The notes under the pieces were generated by a model that worked only from the letters and a program-made list of their open reading frames with translations, was not told the DNA's origin and did not search any database. Positions 9,101 through 18,017 of a DNA stretch of 64,000 nucleotides are shown here, piece by piece (the stretch's first letter is position 1; each line of letters begins with the position of its first letter). A program made the position numbers and the translations under genes. This DNA is from Polyangiales bacterium. GTDB taxonomy: Bacteria; Myxococcota_A; Polyangia; Polyangiales; Polyangiaceae. The stretch is from positions 1 through 64,000 of the forward strand of contig JBBRNJ010000036.1 of the NCBI GenBank assembly GCA_038230375.1, written 5' to 3'.

Positions 9101-10684
9101 CCCGGCCCGCTCGACTTCACGACCGTCTCCGGCACACAGGGTGGTCTCCACTACTCGGCGTTCCAGGACACGTTCAAGGTGCTCGGTACCTGCACCGCGG
9201 CGAAGGATCCCAACGATCCGCTCTCCGCTCAGTGCACGGGCGCGCCCCTCGAGTACGTCTCTGTCTACGACATGAAGGACCAGGGCCCGGGCGATCGCGA
9301 CGCACGCTTCGCCATCGCGCCGGACGGAAAGGTCCGTCACCCGTACATGTTCGGCTCCGACGAGTACGCGGACTTCGGCAACATGCCGGTCTTCCGCTTC
9401 GACTCAGGCGCTGACGCGTACGAGCAGCAGCAGTTCGTCATGTCGACGTACGAGAACCGCTACATCTTCGACAACTTCCGTCGTAACCGCCTGACGTTCC
9501 ACACCGGCCTCGTGGTCGGTCGCGTCCAGGACCGTTACTTCGACAAGATGACGTCGGCGACGAAGGCCCTCGGCCTCTACCTGAATCTGTACCCCAGCCA
9601 GGTGGACCAGGACTTCTTCAAGACCAGTGTCGGCGTCATGCTGCCGCACGTGCTCGCGTCCGCGGAGAGCTTCTCCACGTTCGTGCGTATCCTCACGCGA
9701 CCCGAGCCGGGCACGTACTACGGAGACGACCTTGTCCCCGGCGGCACGTACGCATCGGTTCCGGAGTTCCCGGCGTCCACGGCCAAGCCGCTCTTCAACG
9801 TTGCAGTCGGCGCGGGCGAAGGTCGCTTCCTCCACAACGACTACGACTACTCGAAGGGCTACAACTGGGGCGAGTACCAGAAGCAAGTCGGCTCGTACTA
9901 CGAGAAGATCTTCACCGTGATCTACCTCACGGAGGCGTACAACCACTTCATCCAGAACAGCAAACAGGACTTCATCGATAGCCGAGTCCTGAACATCAAC
10001 TACTCCACGCTGTACGGCGAGCAGATGCGACGCGTCTTCTCCAACCTGATGCAGGACAACCCGATGACCCTTGGCCCGTACGTCACGACGGCTGCCGGCG
10101 CCTCAAGCGCCAACAGCATCGCTCGTGTCCAGTACCTGCCGTGGGACAAGTTCGACGGTGTGACGCCGGTCTCGTACCCCGCAGGTGCGACCGTCCTCAA
10201 CCCGCTCGTCGGTTGGCAGGAGCAGTTCCCGGCTCTGTTCTACGGCTTCTACTACGGTGGAACCACGCTCTCCATGGACTGGGTCCAGCAGATGCGCGTG
10301 TTCTCGCCTGGTGGTACGGACGCCATCTCCATCGCTCCGTCGGAGCAAGTGCACTACACGGACCCGCTCACGGGTACGCAGTACATCGCTCGCAACTTCG
10401 GTATGGAGACCGTCGGTGGTGTGAACACAGCGCGTGGCTCCGGCCACCGTATGCTCCAGTACGCAAAGGAAATCGCCATGAAGTCCTACCAGTTCACGCT
10501 GGACGGCAATGGCGATCCGGTGTGGGCGATCGACGCCTCCACCCGCAAGCCGCTCTGCAAGGGCACGCTGTCGCCGGACGACTGCAAGCTCGCGGAGACC
10601 ACGGTCCGTCGTTACTCCTCGAACATCGACACGCTCCGCGATCTCGCTGCCGCCTACGGCTACGGCCCGCGCGGTCGCGAGTGA
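6110..10684 (+). CDS. Large lipoprotein, zinc-dependent metalloprotease (metzincin-like HExxHxxGxxH)
   Basis: Lipobox ASSGC; HEMGHSMGLRH at ~8630-8662; Met-turn STVMDY; DxDGN/DxNGDG Ca-binding-like motifs; strong codon bias. Confidence 0.85.
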   Translation: MRSMWIRRLGLTVMTGVLAYASSGCAEERDPINRVQPNALPKSFFVGANLQDSADDPEFYMRNTVVDVPYGAGQDGLFTASYAQPVNRIKWEINETFLVARQTYERFQNSDGAGSRVTNNGQVVAMFKITSQFDIKRDYNAQTGEENNIINENANDRPWQERQYLRVDWSQNLVTDGYEVDSLSQIGLYGGIKFDPLSYYVSDPQDPNAPVFEKEAGYFDITSKAFATPQVLDTPWGAFPACFFFGQHPVTNCDPTELTLRLSFRKVTDNDFEPSEWDGNKMDAFGWFYQDRYGYERNYGVTDQQWHHLAAKYNIWNRSHISSGDPSNAKPAEENELFAQCGVDVWRDNTGKPMTFKVNSGGEFVTDGKTGLPIKDPAGKPFSKASDAAIGSDANADADGNKTADQCEFKDAAGGLLHQGSRCDTLSHRCTLPLHERTIKSIPWYYAPGSAPDLFASTARALNQWNVSVKRAALIGQVVEGTRVSAPPSFAIEADLSEAALGADHDDAMKQSADTGKYVAPKYTDVFVLCHSPVDPTDNPVCGKSDTVARIGDLRYNSVNILTNPQTPSPWGIMVDADDPITGEKVITSVNEWGHVLDIASQGTEDLLRWINGEISDTDITSGGYMLDWMKATKGGASQHQPATLSSNEIKARIQSIQDPKVLSTGQLNVAAMTSQQFQQSLNGQMKTAQQQLGPSLDNTFEGNRQALIGSKFETMLATPEMVQAAGFDPSTPTAGNDTVLARSSTLRGMNPEMNRWMRRLKNAAAKKTNLCNVEQPEPDSLVGMARLAQKLYPVPDKKSAAACQYDTTIKQSDYAACKFKRDASLHQWIREQFHISVILHEMGHSMGLRHNFTGTWDSLNYHTQYWQLRTRNGAEKACQTVDVDNGQDRNGDGKHDVYDAYPYVSHQNGADCAGPRWADPVTEQETNGLIWKWGSSTVMDYPGDQTQDMNDLGKYDKAAMRFGYANVVDVDSRPSALQKSNQGLFNLGRLDGFGGIPGPLDFTTVSGTQGGLHYSAFQDTFKVLGTCTAAKDPNDPLSAQCTGAPLEYVSVYDMKDQGPGDRDARFAIAPDGKVRHPYMFGSDEYADFGNMPVFRFDSGADAYEQQQFVMSTYENRYIFDNFRRNRLTFHTGLVVGRVQDRYFDKMTSATKALGLYLNLYPSQVDQDFFKTSVGVMLPHVLASAESFSTFVRILTRPEPGTYYGDDLVPGGTYASVPEFPASTAKPLFNVAVGAGEGRFLHNDYDYSKGYNWGEYQKQVGSYYEKIFTVIYLTEAYNHFIQNSKQDFIDSRVLNINYSTLYGEQMRRVFSNLMQDNPMTLGPYVTTAAGASSANSIARVQYLPWDKFDGVTPVSYPAGATVLNPLVGWQEQFPALFYGFYYGGTTLSMDWVQQMRVFSPGGTDAISIAPSEQVHYTDPLTGTQYIARNFGMETVGGVNTARGSGHRMLQYAKEIAMKSYQFTLDGNGDPVWAIDASTRKPLCKGTLSPDDCKLAETTVRRYSSNIDTLRDLAAAYGYGPRGRE

Positions 10685-10753
10685 CCTGATCGCTCGCCTT
10701 GCTCTCCGCTGCATCATGAAGGCGGAGAGCGGGTAAGCGTCGATGAACCGATT

Positions 10754-10793
10754 CGTGCCCTGGTTCCGCAAGGAACCGGGGCACGCGTCTTTT
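10754..10793 (+). terminator. Rho-independent terminator
   Basis: CGTGCCCTGGTTCC-GCAA-GGAACCGGGGCACG followed by TCTTTT. A second hairpin (GCTCTCCGC/GCGGAGAGC) lies at 10701-10730. Confidence 0.8.
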
Positions 10794-10817
10794 GTGCGTG
10801 TGGTGTAGGCTCGCGGC

Positions 10818-11945
10818 GTGGAGACCTCCACGTACTACGCGCTCGGCATCCCGCTCTATGCGCTCCTCATGCTCGGGGAGGCGTGGCTCGGCAGGAGGCG
10901 CGGCGAGCGTGTCTATCGCCTCGCTGACGACATGAGCAACCTCGCGTGCGGCATGGGGCAGATCCTCGCAGGCCTCGCGCTCGGCCCGCTCATGCTGGCC
11001 CTGTATGCGTACGGCTACGAGCTCCGGCTCTTCACGTTGCCCACACGGAGCCCGCTCACCTGGGCCGTGTCAGCGCTGCTCGTGGACCTCTGTTACTACT
11101 TCTACCATCGCCAAGGTCACCGCCTGCGCGTGCTCTGGGCCGTGCACCAGGTGCATCATCAGAGCGATGGCTTCAACTTTGCCGTCGCGCTCCGCCAGCC
11201 GTATGTGTCCGACCTGTACGCGGTGTTCTTCTACTTCCCGCTGCCGCTGCTGGGCGTGCCCATAGAGGTGTTCTTCGCGTGCGTCGCTGCGCTGTCGCTC
11301 AACCAGATCACGCTGCACACGCGCTTCTTGCCGCGACCCAGCCTGGGCATCTTCAACACGCCGCAGCTGCACGAGCTCCATCACGCGCGGAACGCGCCGT
11401 ACGCAGACAAGAACTTCGGCGCCACCTTCATCGTGTGGGACCGCATGTTCGGGACCTATGTGGCGCCCGACGCCGCGATCACGCCGGACCTCGGCATCGC
11501 AGAGGGCTACGCCACGCACGACAGCGTGCGCGCGCAGTGGCTCGGCTTTCGTGACCTCGCACGCGACCTTCGCCGTCCAGGCGCAAGGAGATCGGCACCG
11601 CGGGCGCGCGAGTCCGACACGATCCCGCGCGCAACCAAGCGGAGAGCGCTCGTTGCGTTCGTCGGAGTCACCTGCGCCGCCGGTGCGCTGCTCGTCTTTC
11701 AAGCGCGGCTCTCCGCGCCGTGGCTTGCGTGCGGCGCCGTGGCGCTCGTCGTTGCGTACCACTGGATCGGCGTAGCGCTGGACTCAGAACGTGGTGGTGA
11801 ACGAGTCCCGGTGCTTGCTCTCGGGCCAGGTGAGCTCACGCACGGCCTTGTCGACGCACTCCGCGACAGTCGCGTCGTCGGGGCGCGTGAGCACAGTGAC
11901 CCCGATCGCCTTGCCACCGCGCACAGCGATCTTCAGCGTGAGTGA
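10818..11945 (+). CDS. Sterol desaturase / fatty acid hydroxylase family (alkylglycerol monooxygenase-like)
   Basis: His boxes HRQGH, HQVHH, HELHH; DKNFGATFIVWDRMFGTY. Confidence 0.85.
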   Translation: METSTYYALGIPLYALLMLGEAWLGRRRGERVYRLADDMSNLACGMGQILAGLALGPLMLALYAYGYELRLFTLPTRSPLTWAVSALLVDLCYYFYHRQGHRLRVLWAVHQVHHQSDGFNFAVALRQPYVSDLYAVFFYFPLPLLGVPIEVFFACVAALSLNQITLHTRFLPRPSLGIFNTPQLHELHHARNAPYADKNFGATFIVWDRMFGTYVAPDAAITPDLGIAEGYATHDSVRAQWLGFRDLARDLRRPGARRSAPRARESDTIPRATKRRALVAFVGVTCAAGALLVFQARLSAPWLACGAVALVVAYHWIGVALDSERGGERVPVLALGPGELTHGLVDALRDSRVVGAREHSDPDRLATAHSDLQRE

Positions 11946-12245
11946 CATGGAGTCGGGCACGTTGCACGTATTCATGAACGTTGGGTTCCGCAGTATGCCG
12001 ATCAGCTCTTCGTTCCGGAGCTCGCGCTCGCCCTTGAGCGCCATGACGTCCTCTGGCTGCGAGAGCGCGTCGTCGTAGGACATCGCTGTCGAGTGGCCCG
12101 CGCCGGTGGGGCTGTCGTTCCTGGTCGTGGCACCGGTGGTTGTGCGGCGCGGCTGCTCCGCGCGCTTTGGCGGAGGTGTGGTCTCTCCACACGCGAGGAA
12201 AAGGCTGGAAAACGCGAGGCAGAGGAGAGTGAGCGAGCGCACCAC
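11784..12245 (-). CDS. Lipoprotein with TonB-C/AgmX-PglI-like C-terminal domain
   Basis: Lipobox LFLAC; C..P..LTLKIAV.GG.A..VTV...VAECV.KAVR.LTWP. Confidence 0.55.
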   Translation of the reverse strand: MVRSLTLLCLAFSSLFLACGETTPPPKRAEQPRRTTTGATTRNDSPTGAGHSTAMSYDDALSQPEDVMALKGERELRNEELIGILRNPTFMNTCNVPDSMSLTLKIAVRGGKAIGVTVLTRPDDATVAECVDKAVRELTWPESKHRDSFTTTF

Positions 12246-12296
12246 GCGACGGTATTCGAGCAGGGTCGCGACCTCAAGACTTGCTACGCTGATTTC

Positions 12297-13487
12297 ATGA
12301 TGCCTCGCTCCGCGCTGCTTGTGCTGGTGCTTGCAACCGCCGCTTGTGGATCGTCCAGCAGCGGCGGTGGTGGCGCCGCCGACGACGCAGGTGGAGGTGG
12401 AGGTGGAGGCGGAGGCGGAGGCGGAGGCGGAGGTGGAGGCGATGGGGGTGGCGTCGGCACGGTCGACGCGGGCTCGCAGCCCGTGGCGCCCACGTCCAAC
12501 GCAAACCCGGACGGTCACTGCAACGCGCCCACCCCCGGTGTCGCGGAGGACGTCTCCAAGCCCACCACGGTCGTCGGCGACGGCACGTTTGCGAGCTGCA
12601 CGGCGGACAAGGTCGTCGCGGCCGTTCACGCGGGCGGCGTGGTGACGTTCAATTGCGGCCCGCAGGCGCTCGCCATCGTGGTTCCCGAGATCCAGATCTT
12701 CAACGACGGCGGCAAGGGCGACGGCAGCGTGACGATCGACGGAGGCGGAAAGATCACGCTGAGCGGGAACGGCGCGAACCGGATCCTCTACCAGAACACG
12801 TGCGACATGGCCCTCCACTACACGTCGCCGCAGTGTCAGAAGCAGCCCACGCCGCACCTGGTGCTCCAGAACATCGGCATCGCGTCGGGCAAGGCGGACG
12901 CCACGGACAAGGTGCTCGGCGGCGGCGCGATCTTCGTGGGCGGCGGCACCTTCAAGATGTTCAACGTCCTCGTGAAGGACAGCTCGCAGCCGAACTTGAA
13001 GCAGGACTACGCGGGCGGCGCCGTCTACACGTTCAACCAGGCCACGCAGCCCGTCTACATCACGAACAGCACGTTCAGCGGCAACTCAGGCTGTAACGGC
13101 GGCGCGCTCGGCAGCATCGGCACGTCGTACGCGATCACGAACAGCATCTTCGCGAGCAACAAGACGCTCGGTAACGGCCAGAATCCAGCGAAGATGGGGA
13201 CCCCGGGCGGCGGCCTCGGCGGCGCCATCTACAACGACGGCAACGGCTACACGCTCTCCGTCTGCGGCACCGCCTTCAACAACAACACGGCGGCGGAGCT
13301 CGGCTCGGGATCCATCTTCCAGGTCGTGGACGATCTGAAGGGCGCCCTCGTCATCGATCAGTCGAAGTTCACCGGCAACAGCAACACCGGCACCGTGCAA
13401 TCCGCGACGCACCCGAGCATCTACGTGGAGGCGACCGACAAGCAGGGCAACGCGGGCGTCACCATCACGGCGACCACGTTCCAGTAG
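12297..13487 (+). CDS. Lipoprotein with poly-Gly linker and right-handed beta-helix (Pmp-like GGAI/FxxN repeats)
   Basis: Lipobox TAAC; repeated GGAI/GGAV/GGAL and FSGN/FASN/FNNN/FTGN motifs. Confidence 0.75.
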   Translation: MMPRSALLVLVLATAACGSSSSGGGGAADDAGGGGGGGGGGGGGGGGGDGGGVGTVDAGSQPVAPTSNANPDGHCNAPTPGVAEDVSKPTTVVGDGTFASCTADKVVAAVHAGGVVTFNCGPQALAIVVPEIQIFNDGGKGDGSVTIDGGGKITLSGNGANRILYQNTCDMALHYTSPQCQKQPTPHLVLQNIGIASGKADATDKVLGGGAIFVGGGTFKMFNVLVKDSSQPNLKQDYAGGAVYTFNQATQPVYITNSTFSGNSGCNGGALGSIGTSYAITNSIFASNKTLGNGQNPAKMGTPGGGLGGAIYNDGNGYTLSVCGTAFNNNTAAELGSGSIFQVVDDLKGALVIDQSKFTGNSNTGTVQSATHPSIYVEATDKQGNAGVTITATTFQ

Positions 13488-13590
13488 CCGCGCTCGTGTC
13501 ACGCGTGAGCTCCAGGACTCCTGCAGCAGTTGACCTCTTCCCGCGAACGTGGGACGTACGAGGTCACAAATCCAGCCCGGGGAGGCTTCT

Positions 13591-14061
13591 ATGTATATTG
13601 CACGCTTTTCGCTCACCATCGCCATGTTCGCTGGCCTTTCTCTGTTCGGATGCTCCAGCTCCAGCACGACCACGACCGGCACCGGCACCGATGCGGGCGG
13701 CGGTGGCGGCGGTGACGCTGGTGGTGGCGGCGGCACGGCGGTGAACGGCTGCACCGCGGCCGACTTCGCCGCGAACGACCTCAGCGCTGCGGGTGCGGCG
13801 CGCGTCATCACGTTCCCCACGGGCGCGGCCCCCGCGCAGTACACGCCGGCGTGCATCACGATCGCCGCGGGCCAGACCGTCACGTGGAACGGCGCCTTCG
13901 CAAGCCATCCCCTTCAGCAGTCGGGCGGCGACCCGACCATGTGGATCACCACGACCAGCACGGGCACCACCGTGAACTTTGGCTTCCCCGTTGGCGGCAC
14001 ATACGGCTTCGACTGCCAGTTCCACCCCAGCGTCATGAAGGGCGCGATCTTCGTCAAGTGA
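13591..14061 (+). CDS. Plastocyanin/cupredoxin-like lipoprotein
   Basis: Lipobox LFGC; GQTVTW, HPL, C-x2-H-x3-M (CQFHPSVM) type-1 copper ligands; GGAGG RBS. Confidence 0.85.
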   Translation: MYIARFSLTIAMFAGLSLFGCSSSSTTTTGTGTDAGGGGGGDAGGGGGTAVNGCTAADFAANDLSAAGAARVITFPTGAAPAQYTPACITIAAGQTVTWNGAFASHPLQQSGGDPTMWITTTSTGTTVNFGFPVGGTYGFDCQFHPSVMKGAIFVK

Positions 14062-14065
14062 CCGC

Positions 14066-15268
14066 CTAGAGCGCCGGGAAGCGGGACTGGGTCCACGCGC
14101 GGCCGTCCTTCGTGACGTACAGCTGGTCCTGATTCTTCGGGCCGCTGGCGAGCGCGATCCATCCTGCTTTCCCGAGCGGTTCCAGTTGCGTGTAGGTTAC
14201 ACCATTCGGGAGCTTTGGCAGCCCGCTCCACGTCTTGCCCACGTCGCGGGTGACGACCGCGGCGTCCGCGGCGTCAATCGCGCAGGCTCCCGCGCTTGCG
14301 TGGAGCACGTGCATCGCGCGATACGGAATAGGCGCGTCGACGAACGTTCGTCCGCCATCCTTCGTCACCGCCAGTGCGAGCACCTCGGGATCCTTTGTCT
14401 GCCGCACGAAGTAGCCCCGCGTCGCGTCGAGGAACACGATGCCGCTGTCGGGCGGCGCGGTCGGCGGCTTCTTGCTCTCCTCTTCCGAGCTGCCCGCGAG
14501 CACAACGCCCCAGCTGCGGCCCGCGTTGGTGGAGCGGTAGAGCGAGTCGGATGACGCGCAGCACGTGCCCATCACCCACCAAGTCGTCGGCGTCTGGAAC
14601 GCGATCTCCCCGTAGCCGGTCTTCGTGCCCACGTCGCGGAACGTGATGCCGTCATCGCCCGTGATGACGACACTGTCTGCGTGGCTGTTCATGCCGTTAC
14701 CGTCGCTCCGCCGGATGAGAACGCTGCCACCAAGACCGCGCTGCAGCCTGGCGCCGCGCCCGCCGTGGAAGCGCGGCGCCTTTCGCGCCACGAATGTCTG
14801 AGCGCCGTCGTTGGACACGAAGAGCGCCGTTGTCTTCGCGGCGTCCTCCTCGGTCGTACCCTCGAGCAGCATCAGGTGCGTGTCTGACAGCGCGAGCACG
14901 TCATCCAGGCGCGCCTCGTCTTCGCCCGTGGCAGGCCTGAGCGCAGGCGGCGTGCGATCCTCGAACGACGAGCCCCCATCGGTGGAGCGCCACGCGTGTC
15001 CGTTCGCCGCGATCCAGACGTGCGACTCGTCGGCGACAGAGATGCGGTCCACGCGCATGGCAGGGGCGCTGGGCACGACGGGCGTCGGCGGAGGCAGCAC
15101 GACTGGGGCAGCGCTCGCGAGCGGCGTCGCGCTCGGAGTTGCCAGCACACCCGCGTCTGCGATCGCGATGTGGTGATCGCGCGCGGCCTTTGGGGGAGAC
15201 GGTGAGCACCCGAGCGCGAAGGCCCCCGTGATCCACAGCACATGCGCCCGTGCGCGTCGAAGGTTCAC
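14066..15268 (-). CDS. BNR/Asp-box repeat beta-propeller lipoprotein
   Basis: Lipobox ALGC; repeated STDGGSSF, SNDGAQTF, TGDDGITF, STNAGRSW, TKDGGRTF, TRDVGKTW. Confidence 0.8.
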   Translation of the reverse strand: MNLRRARAHVLWITGAFALGCSPSPPKAARDHHIAIADAGVLATPSATPLASAAPVVLPPPTPVVPSAPAMRVDRISVADESHVWIAANGHAWRSTDGGSSFEDRTPPALRPATGEDEARLDDVLALSDTHLMLLEGTTEEDAAKTTALFVSNDGAQTFVARKAPRFHGGRGARLQRGLGGSVLIRRSDGNGMNSHADSVVITGDDGITFRDVGTKTGYGEIAFQTPTTWWVMGTCCASSDSLYRSTNAGRSWGVVLAGSSEEESKKPPTAPPDSGIVFLDATRGYFVRQTKDPEVLALAVTKDGGRTFVDAPIPYRAMHVLHASAGACAIDAADAAVVTRDVGKTWSGLPKLPNGVTYTQLEPLGKAGWIALASGPKNQDQLYVTKDGRAWTQSRFPAL

Positions 15269-15439
15269 GCCTCCAGCGTACCGTGCCGGGCGTCACGTCG
15301 CACCCGTGACGCTCCGCTCCCGGAGCAGCGCAGCGAGCGTTCTTCCCAGAATCAGGGCGAAAAACGCGAGAATCAGGCCGCGAAGGGTGGATGCTTGCGC
15401 AAGGTGTAAGGTCGCCGTCCGGCCGGGCGTTCAACGTAC

Positions 15440-15904
15440 ATGCGGGCCACCGAAATCACGATCGAGACGCCGTGTGGGCAGGACTGGCAGAGCATGAAGC
15501 CGGGCGACCAGAAGCGCTTCTGCGGCGAGTGCAAGAAGCACGTCCACGACCTGTCCGCCATGAGCCGCGCCGAGGCACGCGACGTTCTGGAGTCACGCCC
15601 GACCGAAGGACTCTGCGTGCGTTACTTGTATGATGCACATGGTGACATCGTGTTCCGCGACGCGCCCATCCCCGCGAGCTTCCTCTCACGCGCAAAGCGA
15701 CTCGCCGCCGCCGCCGCCCTCCCGATGAGCCTCGCCGCATGCAGCGGAGCCATGGGCGAGACCCCGCCGCCGCCCATGCCGATGATGGGCGCCGTCGCGT
15801 GCCCGATGCCGGAGATCCCGCCGCAGCCCCCGCCGACCCCTTCCGCGTCTGCAGCCACAACCGGTCGCTTCGCCACCCCGCCCCCTTCGCCGATCGCGAA
15901 GTAG
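15440..15904 (+). CDS. Hypothetical protein with N-terminal Cys motif (PCxxxWxxM...RFCxxCxKxVxD) and Pro-rich tail
   Basis: Motif followed by a hydrophobic segment with internal LAAC. Confidence 0.7.
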   Translation: MRATEITIETPCGQDWQSMKPGDQKRFCGECKKHVHDLSAMSRAEARDVLESRPTEGLCVRYLYDAHGDIVFRDAPIPASFLSRAKRLAAAAALPMSLAACSGAMGETPPPPMPMMGAVACPMPEIPPQPPPTPSASAATTGRFATPPPSPIAK

Positions 15905-15925
15905 CCGCGCTTCGCGGAAGATCCG

Positions 15926-16918
15926 TCATGCTGTGAACTCACGAGGTGCGGCTCTTCCGATCTCCACCTCGTCGCGTCGCGCGCGGAGGCGCTCCTCTTC
16001 GATCGTCAGCGTCCACAGCCGCCGCGTGAGCTTGAAGATGACAGACCACCATCCTCGATGGACATTTCGCCGTACCTCCTCGGGGTAGTACGGGAACGCC
16101 TCGCGGTGAAACTGGCGAAGGTTGTAGTACGGGATCCCTGGAAATCCGTGGTGCTCCACGTGATAGGTGGATGAGCCCCACATCCAATCGATGAGCCGAC
16201 TCTCGGTCGCGTAGGTGCGTGAGGTGTGGGTGGGCTCGCGGTGGTAGTCGACCTCGAAGTGCTCGGCCATGGTGGTGAGGCTCGCAAGCACGAAGCTGGT
16301 CAGGACGAGTGAGACGAAGAACGCCGTCCACGCCGCGCCGCCCATCAGCGGATGCAGCGCGAAGAGCAGGCCCCACGAAATGGCGAGCTCGACCCACACG
16401 GCGAGCTTGCTCGTGCGTGAGAGGACCCGATAGTGACGCCCCACGCGGAGCGCCCAGTACGCTGGATAGAGGAGGCAGAAGATCGTGATGCGGAGGAGGC
16501 GCGCGATCGTCTGGTTGTCCGTCCAGCGGCTGGTCTGCACGCGATCGGTGTCGTGAGGCATGTTGACGATGCGATGGTGGTCAAGGTGGTAGCTCCGATA
16601 GAGGGTGAAGCTCATGAAAGAGGGGACCCACGACGCGCAGCCGATGAGGTAGGCGCCCACGCGACTGCGCGCGACGGTTCCATGTGCGGCGTCGTGCGTG
16701 ATCGATCCCATTCCGCGCACCAGGTTTCCGGCGCAGAACCCGGCGAGCACCGCAAGCAGAACGCCGTGGCGTGCGTGGCTCACGGACCACGTCGCCAATG
16801 CTCCGAGCGAGAGGACGAGCGTCCAGAGCGTCACGAGCTTCGCGAGGTGAACGTACCTGCGCCGGTATGCGCGCTGTAGGATCTCTCTGGGAATCGCCTT
16901 CATCGGGGAGTGGTTCAT
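15926..16918 (-). CDS. Membrane fatty acid desaturase family protein
   Basis: His boxes HDAAH, HLDHH, HVEHH..P.IPYYNL; transmembrane segments. Confidence 0.85.
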   Translation of the reverse strand: MNHSPMKAIPREILQRAYRRRYVHLAKLVTLWTLVLSLGALATWSVSHARHGVLLAVLAGFCAGNLVRGMGSITHDAAHGTVARSRVGAYLIGCASWVPSFMSFTLYRSYHLDHHRIVNMPHDTDRVQTSRWTDNQTIARLLRITIFCLLYPAYWALRVGRHYRVLSRTSKLAVWVELAISWGLLFALHPLMGGAAWTAFFVSLVLTSFVLASLTTMAEHFEVDYHREPTHTSRTYATESRLIDWMWGSSTYHVEHHGFPGIPYYNLRQFHREAFPYYPEEVRRNVHRGWWSVIFKLTRRLWTLTIEEERLRARRDEVEIGRAAPREFTA

Positions 16919-17024
16919 GCACCGGATAAAAGCGCAACGATGCGAGGATCGACAGCCGCGCGCGACGAGCGGCCGACCCCGCGCGATGAGTGGCATCGAC
17001 CTCACCCTGGGGCCACCGAAGTAG

Positions 17025-17570
17025 CTACCTGGTCCTCGACACTCCCAGCCCGGGCTCGAGCAATCGGCCGACGGTCAGCATGGGCAGCATCAGGCGCTCA
17101 GACTCCGGCAGCCTGATGAATCCGTGGGCGGCGTAGAACTGCGCAGCTCGGTCGTCCAGCGCGTCAACGACGACCATCGAGGAGCCGACGACACTGGCGC
17201 TCTCGTATGCCTTACGGAGCGCGCGAACGAGCAACGAGCCCCCGAGTCCCTGGCCCTGATGCGCCGTGGCGACGGCGAGCCGTCCGATGAGCGTCGCGCT
17301 GACCAGCGGGTAGCGCGGAAGGTGCTTTCGCGCGGCGTCCGGCACATCGCCCGGCGCCAGTCCATACGCGCACAGCGTGAAGTAGCCGAAGACCTCGCGC
17401 GGCTCGTCGACGTTGACGAGGACGAACACGGCGTTCGCCTTGCGCTTCTGGTCCTGCGATGCGCGCGTCTTCAGATAGCTGTCGAGGCTCTCGACGCCAC
17501 AGGCGAAGCCCGTGCGGTCGTGACGCGCGACATCGAGCGGCTCGACGCGAAATGCTGCCGTCGAGCTCAC
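17025..17570 (-). CDS. GNAT acetyltransferase toxin (TacT/AtaT-like)
   Basis: HDRTGFACGVESLDSYL, LIGRLAV...QGQGLG, VVDALDDRAAQFY..HGF. Confidence 0.9.
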   Translation of the reverse strand: MSSTAAFRVEPLDVARHDRTGFACGVESLDSYLKTRASQDQKRKANAVFVLVNVDEPREVFGYFTLCAYGLAPGDVPDAARKHLPRYPLVSATLIGRLAVATAHQGQGLGGSLLVRALRKAYESASVVGSSMVVVDALDDRAAQFYAAHGFIRLPESERLMLPMLTVGRLLEPGLGVSRTR

Positions 17571-17884
17571 CGCTCCGGTTCGATGCGGGCGCGCTCATCC
17601 CGCAGAGCGCGACGGAGCCTGGCGTTCGGCTTCGGCGGGTGAACCAGGGCATCGAAGAAGGCGGCGCGATCCTTTTCGGAGAGCGAGAGCGACTCGTGAC
17701 GTTCGAGAGCCTTCTGCGCGGCCTCGATGAGCGCCGTCAGGCAGAAGTCGGTGACGTTGCGGCGCTCCAGCCGGGCCGCACGCTCGACCAGGCTCTTCGT
17801 CTTCGCGTCGACCCGAAAGCCGAGCCTGGCCGCGCGCCCCCGGCGGTCCCCTGTTCGTGCTGCGTTCGAGCGTGCCATGCCCAT
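17567..17884 (-). CDS. DUF1778 ribbon-helix-helix antitoxin (TacA/AtaR-like)
   Basis: RLGFRVD..TKSLVERAA..LSEKDRAAFFDALVHPPKPNARLRRA; 4-bp overlap with the toxin gene. Confidence 0.9.
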   Translation of the reverse strand: MGMARSNAARTGDRRGRAARLGFRVDAKTKSLVERAARLERRNVTDFCLTALIEAAQKALERHESLSLSEKDRAAFFDALVHPPKPNARLRRALRDERARIEPER

Positions 17885-18017
17885 ATCGTACGTCCACTGG
17901 ACGTACACGTCAAATGGCCCGACCCTTGGCTGCTACTCGGGCTCGCCGAGCCAAGCGCGGAGCTCGTCCGCGTGAGCCCTCGTCGAGTTCCCGATGTTCC
18001 CGTGACAGAATGAGCAT

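Noticed and set aside
12388..12452. G-rich GGN run as G-quadruplex or contingency locus
   Set aside because: Fully explained as a poly-Gly linker, common in lipoproteins of this window
13530..13562. Canonical CueR/MerR promoter
   Set aside because: TTGACC is present, but no plausible -10 at 19-bp spacing and the dyad differs from the CueR box; kept only as a generic dyad
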